From the IMG/VR virus record IMGVR_UViG_3300020455_000015, positions 2,023 through 66,022 of that record: a stretch of DNA of 64,000 nt; one strand, given 5' to 3'. A program made the translations under genes and the position numbers. The notes below the pieces were generated by a model. It was not told where the DNA came from and searched no databases. It saw only the letters and a list, made by a program, of their open reading frames with translations. Every line of letters begins with the position of its first letter. Position 1 is the stretch's first letter. This document shows, in pieces, positions 38,425 through 47,976 of this stretch. The DNA comes from a virus. Lineage: Duplodnaviria > Caudoviricetes.

Positions 38425-38768
38425 CAGCGAGTCACTCCTTGTCTTACTAAAACTGATCCTTCAACAACTCGTGTTACTTCACCTGCACTATCCGAAACAA
38501 TTACGTCATAAACGTATCTTCCGGGTTTTAATCCAGCAGTTGTTGTGCTTGTTAATCCAACTTGAATTGAACCGTTATCAGCGTTTGATACTGATGCGGT
38601 AAAAGTTGCTGCAACACCTGTGCTTCCTGAATGTTTTCTCATTTGAGAAGATACCGTAAATCCAGCTAAATTTAATGCTGAATTAGTTGATGTATTTTCT
38701 AATGAAAATGTTTGTTGGAAAGTAGCACCAGTGTTGATTGTCAGATTGCTAACATATACAGCTGCCAT
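38424..38768 (-). CDS. Hypothetical virion protein (Ig-like fold likely)
   Basis: LKPGRYVYDV...RVVEGSVLV; TATAAATA upstream. Confidence 0.8.
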   Translation of the reverse strand: MAAVYVSNLTINTGATFQQTFSLENTSTNSALNLAGFTVSSQMRKHSGSTGVAATFTASVSNADNGSIQVGLTSTTTAGLKPGRYVYDVIVSDSAGEVTRVVEGSVLVRQGVTR

Positions 38769-38813
38769 CTATGAAATGATATTAGATCTATACTTTATTT
38801 ATATTTTAACCAT

Positions 38814-39014
38814 CTATGAATTTTTTTCGATTAAATCGCTTAAAAGTCTCTTGAGTGTATCTACCTCAGACTTTAAACTATCTAATTCAGATTTTTCGAT
38901 AGTTTTTCTATTTTTCATCTTCTTATATGCCATATAACCAGAGGTATCACAATTAATGATAGCCCCTGATTTCTCATCACGGTAAAGATGTTTGTGTCCT
39001 TCAACTGGAATCAT
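38814..39014 (-). CDS. Conserved hypothetical protein
   Basis: VEGHKHLYRDEKSGAIIN plus coiled-coil tail. Confidence 0.8.
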   Translation of the reverse strand: MIPVEGHKHLYRDEKSGAIINCDTSGYMAYKKMKNRKTIEKSELDSLKSEVDTLKRLLSDLIEKNS

Positions 39015-42000
39015 GCTAATGCGATTGCTCTTATGTCCTTAAGTCTTGGTGCTTCGGCTTCATTTGTACCACTAAACACCACCTTAATTACAAATCCTGT
39101 AAATTCTTGAAGATTATCAGCACTAAACTGGTATTCTAAGAATTCACCACCAGTGCTAGATGGAACTAAAGCATCTGGTCTTCCACTGTTTCTAGAGAGA
39201 TCAATAACTTCATCACCAAAACCATCACCATCAGTGTCGAGTAAATTATCAAATCCGGGGAACAATTCATATGATTGTTCACCTGCACTCACCTCATCAC
39301 TGAATAGTTTATACAACACCCTAAAGTCTGCTGATTCTGGTCTATTTGCAGTAACAAAGACTTGTAAAGAAGTTGCTGGTTGTTTCAAATCAATTCGATT
39401 TGAAATGTAAATTCCTGCGTGTGGATCATTAGTATTTAGTTTTACTCTTTGATCTGATGCATAATCAGATATTGGTTTATTCAATCTATTTCTAATATAG
39501 AGAATTGAACCATTCATTGTATCAAGAATTGGAGAAAGGTTTCTATCACCAGATAACATCCTAACTGCTAAAGTGCTTGATCTATTCTTAGGAAGAGAAT
39601 TTAAATATGCTGTCTCGTTTACAGGAGATGCCACAATTCTTGGAGATTTTAAAGAATTAATTGAATTCATCTTAACATCCTCGAATCCTTGATCTAAGAA
39701 TGCAACTTCATTACCACCTGCACTTCTACCACTAACACTTCTGACTTTCGCAGACAATGCAGTTTGGCCAGGAGTTATGAAATTAAATCTTGGGTAAATC
39801 TGATTATACTGAATGTTCTGAGAAGCAAAGATCTCATCACCACCACCAATTCTATTATCGGTAAAGTTAGCCATGGTGTCTCCCTGAGACCTATTTGGTA
39901 AATGAGCACCTACTCCAGTTCCACCTCTATTTGCACCTCTGTCAATTTGAATGTAATACTTATCAATATCACTCTCAGTTACCAATAGTGTTGGTCTAGT
40001 TGAGAATTGATGTTCTGAGTTTATACCTGTTAATGATAAACCATTCAATTCATACTTTTGAACTATGCTTCCTTTTGCATGTTCACGAATTGCTGAACCA
40101 TCTATACCCCTCACAGATATATCAAGTGTTTTATCATCATTTTGAATACCATCATAGAAAATAATTTCATTATTAACTTTTAGATATCCCTTAGATGTTG
40201 TGATACCTTCAAATCTAGAGAATTCACTTGTTGCAGCAACACCAGAAGCTGCAGGATCTGATACAAGTAACTGAGTATCTCCAATATCAAGATCAGCATC
40301 AAGCACCATTACCTGAGTGTCTGGTTCTACGTTTGATATTTGAAGTTTATCTACACCAGAGTGCATTCCATGATTGTATTGTGATACTTCAAGAACATTA
40401 CCTGTATGAAGATCGTCAATAACAGTTGAATCACCATCAACTAAAATATTGGTACTGCTACCATCTTGAACATTAGTAAATGTCTTATTACCCGGAACGA
40501 ATCTCAATAATTGTGCATTATTTCCAAAATTCTCACCTTGAACATCAGTGAGATATAAGGTATCGACTTGATTACTTTGAAGAGATCCAATAGTGAGTTG
40601 TGCTCCAGTTCCACTTCCTATACCACTTGAGGATGTTACGATACCTACAACATCTCCCACGGAGTATCCAGATCCTCTGTTACTAATACCTGCGACAGCA
40701 GTAACCTTGTCTCCGGGAGCTGAACTGGTGTTTATGGTAATTACCAATCCCGTTCCATTACCAGTAATCGCAAAGGTATTAGCAGTAGTACCAGACAAAG
40801 CTGATGGATATCCAGATCCTTTACTAGATACAGAAAGTGTACCAACTTTACCACCAACTCTTTCAATTCTTCCTCTTGGTGATGTGGTGATACCTGCGGC
40901 TGTAGCAGTTCCTTCACCAATAATTTCACCGATATTTAATTGACCACTGGCAGGTACATGTGAGTCAATCTTAACTTTTAGTTTTCTAGGTAAAGTACGT
41001 AATGCGTTTGGTAATAAATTAGATACCTGTGCACTTTCATAATTTAATTCAGGGTTATAGAAGAATAAAGTAGCGTCTCTTGATTTGGCAAAATCAGCCT
41101 TGTAAAGAGTAAACTTAAGATCTTCAAACTGACTTGCAGTCCAAATAGAACCGTTTTGAGATTTAAATAAACTACCACCAATATACTGTTTGGATATAAT
41201 AATACTTTCTGCATCAGGTAGTGTTTGTGTTCCAATAGTGGGCTCACCCATTCTACCTACCCATGCTTCATAATTATCACTTGAAGGTGCTAATAGAACT
41301 ACTGCATAATCTTGTCCACCCTCAAGGTAAATTGGTGATGGGAATTTTATGTTTGTTGCCACTGATGCATCTTCAGAAATATTAATCTGTGAAGGTTCAA
41401 GAACAACTTGAGCATAATCCTGTAACAAGATAAGTGTAGGAATACCAAGTTCAACAGTTCTAATCTGAACTGTAAGTTTTTCTCTTTCATCTTTTGATCT
41501 AAAAAATAGATCAACTGATGTTAGGAAAGCTCCAGATTCGTCAACAGTAAATGATTGTGCTAGAGGGTCATCATATTCAATAACAACTGTCTCACGAATA
41601 ACGTTAGTAACCTCAGTAACGTTAGTAACATTGGTAACTTCAGTCACGTTAGTAACATTGGTAACATCAGTAACCTCAGTCACGTTAGTAACGTTTTGAG
41701 TAATCTCTTCGGTAACGTTTGTTATATTGAATACAACGGGTTCTGGAGGTGGTGGTGGAATACGAACGACCACTGAAGACTGTCTAAATGTATCTACAAC
41801 ACCACTTGTACGGTATGGTGTTTCTACTTCAGTGATTGATGGATCACCTAATAGTGGTCTTCCATTAGTTTCACTTGATGTTAATTTGAAAGTTTTAGTT
41901 CCATTTGTAAACATCAATGGTGGTGAAGGAACTGTCAAAGGATCCCTGAAGAAGAACGATCCATTTAGATCACCCAATATATCAGTTACCAATCTTATGT

Positions 42001-45000
42001 TTGATACAGTCGCTGTGGCCCCACTTTCCTGACCAACTAAAGTTAATCCACTAGTTATAAATCCAAAGAATCTTCCTTGTGCTTCCTCAACTAATGAAGC
42101 AACATCAATATTTAAAATTGTAGATGCTGATGAATATACACTAGGAACTGTAAGACTTGTATTATATGGATCAGTTGTAAAAGTTGTTGTTGGTGCAGCT
42201 ATACTACCCGTCTTATGATTTGGTGCGCATGTTCTTGCCACAAATATTCTATCTGCTCCATCAAAACCCTCAACAATTTCATTAATACTAAAAGCACCAG
42301 AACTCATTGAAATTTCAATTAATTTTGGAATAACATCGATACCACTCGTACTATCAAAGAAAGGATATAATCTTGTAGTGGGTTTCATTCCAGAAACATC
42401 AAATTGAACGTTCCTAGATCTAATATGAGTATCAGGTTCACTACTTATTATTTGATCAGATGTCCATGTGCCTTGAACATCACCTAAAACAGTTCTTGTT
42501 CCACCATCAATAATAACATTTCTTGTCCATGTATCAGCACTTGGATTTAGAGTCATTCTTCCTCTAAATGTCACAATATTAAATGGGTTTACATTTTCAA
42601 CCCTTGAAGCAAGTGGTTGTGTTATCCACTGTCTCTCATCATAATCAAGAGTTATTAGATCACCAGTTTTTCTTATACCAGAATCTAGTAATGCTAGATC
42701 ATCTGAAAAATCTGCTGTATTTGAATTAAGTGAAGGATTTAGTGCTAATTCAGGTTTGACTGAATAGAAGTCAGTTGGTGTTACCAAATGCTTCTGACTA
42801 GCAATTATATCGCACTTACAATCCGGGTCACTTCTATCAAGTAAACTAGCATCTTGGAAATCATCAACAAAAAATCCAGTTTTAAATCTAGATAAACCAT
42901 CAGCATCTTGAATTTGAAGTGATTTGGTATCTAATTCTAACAATGATAAAGAAGTTGCAATCTCTAAATTTTCTATTCTATCTTCTAATCCACCAATATC
43001 TCTCATGGTGTATCTGCGGTTATCGAGTAGTTTGATAACTGCGTCTTTTGGATTGTAAAGATATGGTGGTAACTCAATTGTACCAATAGTCATCGCAGTT
43101 TCAACATCAAGAGGAACCAATGGTTCTTGTGATGATACACCCTTAAGTATCTGGAACTCACCTCTTAGATAGTCAGGGCCTCTGGAATCAGCAATATCTA
43201 AAACAAGTTTATCAATTCTTGGTAGATAAAAACTAAAATCTACTACAGACGATTCATTTGGTGCTGGAATTAAGGTTGGATTACCTGTTCCTGATTGACT
43301 AAAATCTCTACTAGCAAAGTCAAAAGGAGATGTTGAACCAGTAAAATCTTTAACTCTTGGTCTAAAATCAAGAGCATCTGATGCTCTTAATCCATTAGAA
43401 AATAGAGGTACATCTTTAAAACTTTCTACTGGATACGAACTAACTGTATAAACATCACCCGTATCATCTGAAGGAACTGTAAATTTATTGTAAAATACTT
43501 TTAATATTCTAGATGGGACTTGTGCACCATCCTTTCTCACTAATCTGGAATAATCATAATATTCATCTCTTTGACCTTTATCTAAGATATAATTAGAAGT
43601 TATATCTTTAAATTGACCAAGTGTTATACCCTGTAAATTAGTTGTAATACTAGATTCTTCAAATGTTATTGATTCTCCAATAATAAATTTATTTCTAGTA
43701 AGATTAACTATTTCTACTGTTGTTGCATTTACTTGTCCTACTAAAGCTGCAATAGCACCACTTGTGGAACCTATGATTTTTTCACCTAAAACAGTTGCTG
43801 TATTGAGTGATAATCCACTTACAAAAATTAATTTATCTGGAGTTGGAGCTACTCCTGTTGTGGATTCAAAAACTTTAAGTACTTTTGTTACATCAGTTGT
43901 GTTTAATGATATTTCTTTATCATCAATTCTTAATCCATAACTTGGACTATGAGTTAATCCATGAGTAGCAATACCCACTGGACTAGCTTTAGAAATAGTA
44001 ATCGAATTTGCTCTTGATAATACTTTACTTTTTGGAGAGATTACATTTTTCTGTACAGTAAGAGTTATTGTTGATGCAGTATTTGATAATCCATTTATAG
44101 TTACTGTAGAATTATTATTACCCAAAACAACTTGTGATCTATCTAACTCTTGATAAGTTCCATTTGTGTTTAAATTTACTGAGTATCTTTCACCATCAAA
44201 TGGCACAAAGAATGCACTTGTTATCCCAACATCAGATAAACTTACAGTAACTGAACCACTTGAAGGTGTTTTTTGTATCTGTTTTTTAACTAAAATACTT
44301 GATGATTCTAAAGAAACATCAGAAACATTTCTTTTAGCAAGTTCTGCAAAAAGTCCTTTACTTACTTTTAATATTTTTGGACGGGCAATATGAATACCTG
44401 TTGGTGTAGCACTTGCCAAAACAGTTCCTACAGAAACACCAGTAACAGTTGTAGATGCTGCTAACGTAACATTCTGCAAATTATCTGTTATAGCACTAAC
44501 TCTATTAATTCTTGGAGCTGCATCTGATGTTAAATTAACAATTATATGATCATTAATTTTTAGTGACCCAAATGTTATACCAGCACACTTTAATACATTT
44601 GAACCATCAACATTAACTTCGTCTCCAATTCCAAGTCCTTTAATAGGAATAGCTTCAAGCAATAAGTCACCATTAAAATGTGCCCCTGTTCCAAATGGAT
44701 TACTAGAAAATACCGATAAAACGTCCTGTGTACCGTGCTTCAAAACTGCTTTAGTGGATCCATCATCTCCTGAAATATTTCTTACAAGATCTAATCTTCC
44801 ATTGATTCGTATCTGCTCACCTGCAATAAATGTTCCAGACACATTTCTAAGTTTTATAGTTGCACTTCCACCACCCTGAAATGCAGCAAAACCACTAGCA
44901 CCACTTGTTAACCCTTCAACAAATGATGTAGCAGGTAATTCTGTATTTGATACTGCCAAGTTCAATATCAAATTAGTAAACATTTGCACGTCAAAGACAT

Positions 45001-46381
45001 ACAAATCATATACTGTAGAAGCATCGGTATGTTTTCCATTAGCATTCTCTAATGCATATGCTCTTGCACTACCTATTTGAGAACCCTGAGCCGTACTATT
45101 TCCACTACCAGATCTTTGATTTAATAATTGTATTGTAGTATCTTGATTTAAACCAAGTTTAGGTGCACCTCTAAGATTATTTAATTTAAATAATGTTCCT
45201 AATGCAAAGTTGACAGCAGAATTTTCTAAATTTTCTTTATCTCTTGGTTTATCTACATCAATAACTGAAGTGCCAGATTTTTCTACATCATATCCTCTAA
45301 CGTATGCTTTACCGGGGGAAACTTTAACACACATCAATTCCTCTACAGGAATATTACGCATATCTGTAGTTTCACCTGCTTTATAGACACCTTCATTTGA
45401 AAGCCCGTCATTTAAACATTCATTAACTTCTACACTGTAATTACCTACAGAATAGTTTCCAGATTCTTCATAAGTTCTTTTTGCGAAATAATCTTTAATT
45501 AATGAATATTCTGCTTTAGGTGTAGTTCTTTTTAATTGACCATTATCAAGACGAACTAATTCTACGAAGTTCTTATCATTAAAATCTGTTAATGGTTTTT
45601 TAATTAACTTTGTAGATATTTTTAATCTATCAGCACCGGGAGCTGCAAAATTGGAGAATCCTCTTGCGTTATCATATAAAGAACTATCATCTTTTGCAGT
45701 AATTATTTCCTCTTGAATGAAAAGACCAACTCTATAATTTGGTGTATTTGTATATGGATCTAGTACAATTTTATCACTAGTAACATTTACAAAATGTCCA
45801 CGAATAAAGAAGACACCATCGGCTATAGAAACTGCTGAACCTACCCTAGATGCATCACTATCAATCAAAGTAGCTACAGTTTCACCTGATGCTATTTGTG
45901 TGTTTCCATAAGTGATAGTCTCTTCTATGAGGAGATTTTCACCATCTTCCATAAAAGAAACATTCTTGTCAGTTCCTGAATCAAGATATTTGACAAATAT
46001 TGTCAAATCAGTAATATCATTTGCATCTGATGGTAACGCATAATTATCTAACTTTATTCTAATTCCTGTATTTTGACCTACTAAGGTTTTACCCTTCAAA
46101 TTTTCAATGTAGAGGGATACTGGAATACCTAAATGATCTGAATTTAACTTAATAGAGTAATACTCATAATCATAATTTGTATTTCCGGGGATCACCATCG
46201 ATCCCTCTTTAAATATATGACTACCAAAAGACTCAACTTGATCCTGTAATATTGACTGTAAAGTTGTTAATTCACGAGCCTGTACAGGTTTACCCGGATT
46301 AAATAATACCCGATAAAATTGATTATCCTTGGAAAAGTCGTCGAAATATGGACTTATATTGAGATTCGTTTTTTGTGGCAT
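39011..46381 (-). CDS. Large virion structural protein (VrlC/DUF4815-like)
   Basis: MPQKTNLNISPYFDDF, QARELTTLQSILQ, APGADR, RYTMRDIG, DPLAQSF; follows g8. Confidence 0.88.
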   Translation of the reverse strand: MPQKTNLNISPYFDDFSKDNQFYRVLFNPGKPVQARELTTLQSILQDQVESFGSHIFKEGSMVIPGNTNYDYEYYSIKLNSDHLGIPVSLYIENLKGKTLVGQNTGIRIKLDNYALPSDANDITDLTIFVKYLDSGTDKNVSFMEDGENLLIEETITYGNTQIASGETVATLIDSDASRVGSAVSIADGVFFIRGHFVNVTSDKIVLDPYTNTPNYRVGLFIQEEIITAKDDSSLYDNARGFSNFAAPGADRLKISTKLIKKPLTDFNDKNFVELVRLDNGQLKRTTPKAEYSLIKDYFAKRTYEESGNYSVGNYSVEVNECLNDGLSNEGVYKAGETTDMRNIPVEELMCVKVSPGKAYVRGYDVEKSGTSVIDVDKPRDKENLENSAVNFALGTLFKLNNLRGAPKLGLNQDTTIQLLNQRSGSGNSTAQGSQIGSARAYALENANGKHTDASTVYDLYVFDVQMFTNLILNLAVSNTELPATSFVEGLTSGASGFAAFQGGGSATIKLRNVSGTFIAGEQIRINGRLDLVRNISGDDGSTKAVLKHGTQDVLSVFSSNPFGTGAHFNGDLLLEAIPIKGLGIGDEVNVDGSNVLKCAGITFGSLKINDHIIVNLTSDAAPRINRVSAITDNLQNVTLAASTTVTGVSVGTVLASATPTGIHIARPKILKVSKGLFAELAKRNVSDVSLESSSILVKKQIQKTPSSGSVTVSLSDVGITSAFFVPFDGERYSVNLNTNGTYQELDRSQVVLGNNNSTVTINGLSNTASTITLTVQKNVISPKSKVLSRANSITISKASPVGIATHGLTHSPSYGLRIDDKEISLNTTDVTKVLKVFESTTGVAPTPDKLIFVSGLSLNTATVLGEKIIGSTSGAIAALVGQVNATTVEIVNLTRNKFIIGESITFEESSITTNLQGITLGQFKDITSNYILDKGQRDEYYDYSRLVRKDGAQVPSRILKVFYNKFTVPSDDTGDVYTVSSYPVESFKDVPLFSNGLRASDALDFRPRVKDFTGSTSPFDFASRDFSQSGTGNPTLIPAPNESSVVDFSFYLPRIDKLVLDIADSRGPDYLRGEFQILKGVSSQEPLVPLDVETAMTIGTIELPPYLYNPKDAVIKLLDNRRYTMRDIGGLEDRIENLEIATSLSLLELDTKSLQIQDADGLSRFKTGFFVDDFQDASLLDRSDPDCKCDIIASQKHLVTPTDFYSVKPELALNPSLNSNTADFSDDLALLDSGIRKTGDLITLDYDERQWITQPLASRVENVNPFNIVTFRGRMTLNPSADTWTRNVIIDGGTRTVLGDVQGTWTSDQIISSEPDTHIRSRNVQFDVSGMKPTTRLYPFFDSTSGIDVIPKLIEISMSSGAFSINEIVEGFDGADRIFVARTCAPNHKTGSIAAPTTTFTTDPYNTSLTVPSVYSSASTILNIDVASLVEEAQGRFFGFITSGLTLVGQESGATATVSNIRLVTDILGDLNGSFFFRDPLTVPSPPLMFTNGTKTFKLTSSETNGRPLLGDPSITEVETPYRTSGVVDTFRQSSVVVRIPPPPPEPVVFNITNVTEEITQNVTNVTEVTDVTNVTNVTEVTNVTNVTEVTNVIRETVVIEYDDPLAQSFTVDESGAFLTSVDLFFRSKDEREKLTVQIRTVELGIPTLILLQDYAQVVLEPSQINISEDASVATNIKFPSPIYLEGGQDYAVVLLAPSSDNYEAWVGRMGEPTIGTQTLPDAESIIISKQYIGGSLFKSQNGSIWTASQFEDLKFTLYKADFAKSRDATLFFYNPELNYESAQVSNLLPNALRTLPRKLKVKIDSHVPASGQLNIGEIIGEGTATAAGITTSPRGRIERVGGKVGTLSVSSKGSGYPSALSGTTANTFAITGNGTGLVITINTSSAPGDKVTAVAGISNRGSGYSVGDVVGIVTSSSGIGSGTGAQLTIGSLQSNQVDTLYLTDVQGENFGNNAQLLRFVPGNKTFTNVQDGSSTNILVDGDSTVIDDLHTGNVLEVSQYNHGMHSGVDKLQISNVEPDTQVMVLDADLDIGDTQLLVSDPAASGVAATSEFSRFEGITTSKGYLKVNNEIIFYDGIQNDDKTLDISVRGIDGSAIREHAKGSIVQKYELNGLSLTGINSEHQFSTRPTLLVTESDIDKYYIQIDRGANRGGTGVGAHLPNRSQGDTMANFTDNRIGGGDEIFASQNIQYNQIYPRFNFITPGQTALSAKVRSVSGRSAGGNEVAFLDQGFEDVKMNSINSLKSPRIVASPVNETAYLNSLPKNRSSTLAVRMLSGDRNLSPILDTMNGSILYIRNRLNKPISDYASDQRVKLNTNDPHAGIYISNRIDLKQPATSLQVFVTANRPESADFRVLYKLFSDEVSAGEQSYELFPGFDNLLDTDGDGFGDEVIDLSRNSGRPDALVPSSTGGEFLEYQFSADNLQEFTGFVIKVVFSGTNEAEAPRLKDIRAIALA
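41599..41728 (-). repeat. 9-bp-period coding tandem repeat, (N/E/D)VT tripeptides
   Basis: NITNVTEEITQNVTNVTEVTDVTNVTNVTEVTNVTNVTEVTNV following PPPPPEP. Confidence 0.9.
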
Positions 46382-46384
46382 TTT

Positions 46385-47938
46385 TTAAAATTCCAGAATA
46401 ATTTTGATGTCTTCTTTTTGTCTTGAATTTCTTGTAATAGTAGCCCTATTATCAATGTATAGTAAATCACCTGACCCTTTATTTATTTCAGGAGAAGCAA
46501 GACCACTTGTGAAAGAAACACCGAGAGCAACATTACTACTATTTACCGTAGTAATACCAGCACTAAATGTTGTTTCTACGGATCCACTTCCTCCGGGAAA
46601 AGCAACCTGACGGTTTGTTGATTGGAAAGGTATTTCTTGACCACCAAATTTCACATTCTGATAATCAGTTTGATCTGATCCATTTCCAAAATACAAAGAC
46701 CTATCTTGAATATATTTCAAGACTTTAGTATCTGCATCAAAAGAAGCAATATATCCAGTGGCAGTGCTACCAGTTCCAGTGGCCTGCTCTATCTTATTAC
46801 CTATTACAGGAGTTCCTGCAATTGTCTCAAATTTAATTGCCTTTAGAGATGAGAAGGAACTTCCAGTATAAACTGAAGTAGTTCCGAATGAGGTTGGATT
46901 TTTTATTAAAGATACTTGTGCAAATTTAGTATCAACTGGAAAATCCTTTGTAGAGTCATCAAATCTAGCATAAACTAAAACTCTATCTGCACCTAATTCT
47001 TGATATAAATCAAAACCATGACCTTTTGATGGAGGTATAATGGTAATTAATTTAGCAGGAGTATTTGCTACTACAGCCGCAGTATTTGCACTACTTAGAT
47101 CAACAACTCCAAAAGTATATCCTTGTCCACCGTTTGATACCGTTGTATTGGTTATTTTACCACCAGTGATATCAACAACTACCTTTCCACCTGTGCCATC
47201 ACCTAAAATATCAAATTCACCACCAGTTCCAGTATAATTATCTCCTTGATTATCAATATATACTTTCTTTATTTGGTTGTTATGTATGGTAGAATCTCCA
47301 TTTTCACGAACTGATTGTATTTGAGCATCAATTGAAGTAGGCCAATCATTTGGTAAAGCAATAAATTCAGTTGAGTCAAATTTTATAATATCACTTGGAT
47401 TCACTGTAAATAGGAATTTCCAAACATAACCATCTTGACTTTGACCAGCTGCTGATGGTTCTAAGTCAGTAAATGTAGGTTGATCTTCCGATGCATTTCC
47501 TGTTGTGTTTATCCCTGATGATCCATTATCAATACAAATATAAACATTAAAGTTTTCATTCATTACATAGTAATTTGAATTATATAATCTCGTTGCTTTT
47601 GAGTTTGGTGCAGAATTAAGTGTACTATAATCATGACGATACATGTCATACTTAATTCCCTTTGTCCAATCAATACGTCTAACTAATCTTCTAACATTTG
47701 TTGATGTGACCCTTTTACCAAAAGTTGTCGTATCACCAATATGATTTACATTATCAATGTTATCGGTAGGATTTGGAGTAGCTGTATCCCAGTTATTCTG
47801 TCTACCAAACGCAGTAGTAGGATTTGCAGGATTTGGTAGTCCGACACAAACATAATAAGAATTAGTTGTAGAAGATACCCCTGCAACAAAATTACTTGCG
47901 TTTAATATTCTAAACTGGTCTGTAACAATTGCTGGCAT
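46385..47938 (-). CDS. g8: Baseplate wedge subunit gp8
   Basis: MPAIVTDQFRILNA, YDMYRHDY, DGYVWKFLF, SGDLLYIDNR...QKEDIKIILEF. Confidence 0.93.
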   Translation of the reverse strand: MPAIVTDQFRILNASNFVAGVSSTTNSYYVCVGLPNPANPTTAFGRQNNWDTATPNPTDNIDNVNHIGDTTTFGKRVTSTNVRRLVRRIDWTKGIKYDMYRHDYSTLNSAPNSKATRLYNSNYYVMNENFNVYICIDNGSSGINTTGNASEDQPTFTDLEPSAAGQSQDGYVWKFLFTVNPSDIIKFDSTEFIALPNDWPTSIDAQIQSVRENGDSTIHNNQIKKVYIDNQGDNYTGTGGEFDILGDGTGGKVVVDITGGKITNTTVSNGGQGYTFGVVDLSSANTAAVVANTPAKLITIIPPSKGHGFDLYQELGADRVLVYARFDDSTKDFPVDTKFAQVSLIKNPTSFGTTSVYTGSSFSSLKAIKFETIAGTPVIGNKIEQATGTGSTATGYIASFDADTKVLKYIQDRSLYFGNGSDQTDYQNVKFGGQEIPFQSTNRQVAFPGGSGSVETTFSAGITTVNSSNVALGVSFTSGLASPEINKGSGDLLYIDNRATITRNSRQKEDIKIILEF

Positions 47939-47976
47939 TTATTTATTGTTTTTTTCTATATTTATACTAGAAATCA

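Noticed and set aside
38766-38820. 10-bp direct repeat CATCTATGAA flanking a late promoter
   Set aside because: Short and AT-rich, with no mobile element between the copies; likely chance.
41599-41728. CRISPR-like array
   Set aside because: 9-bp in-frame coding repeat with no spacers and no cas genes.
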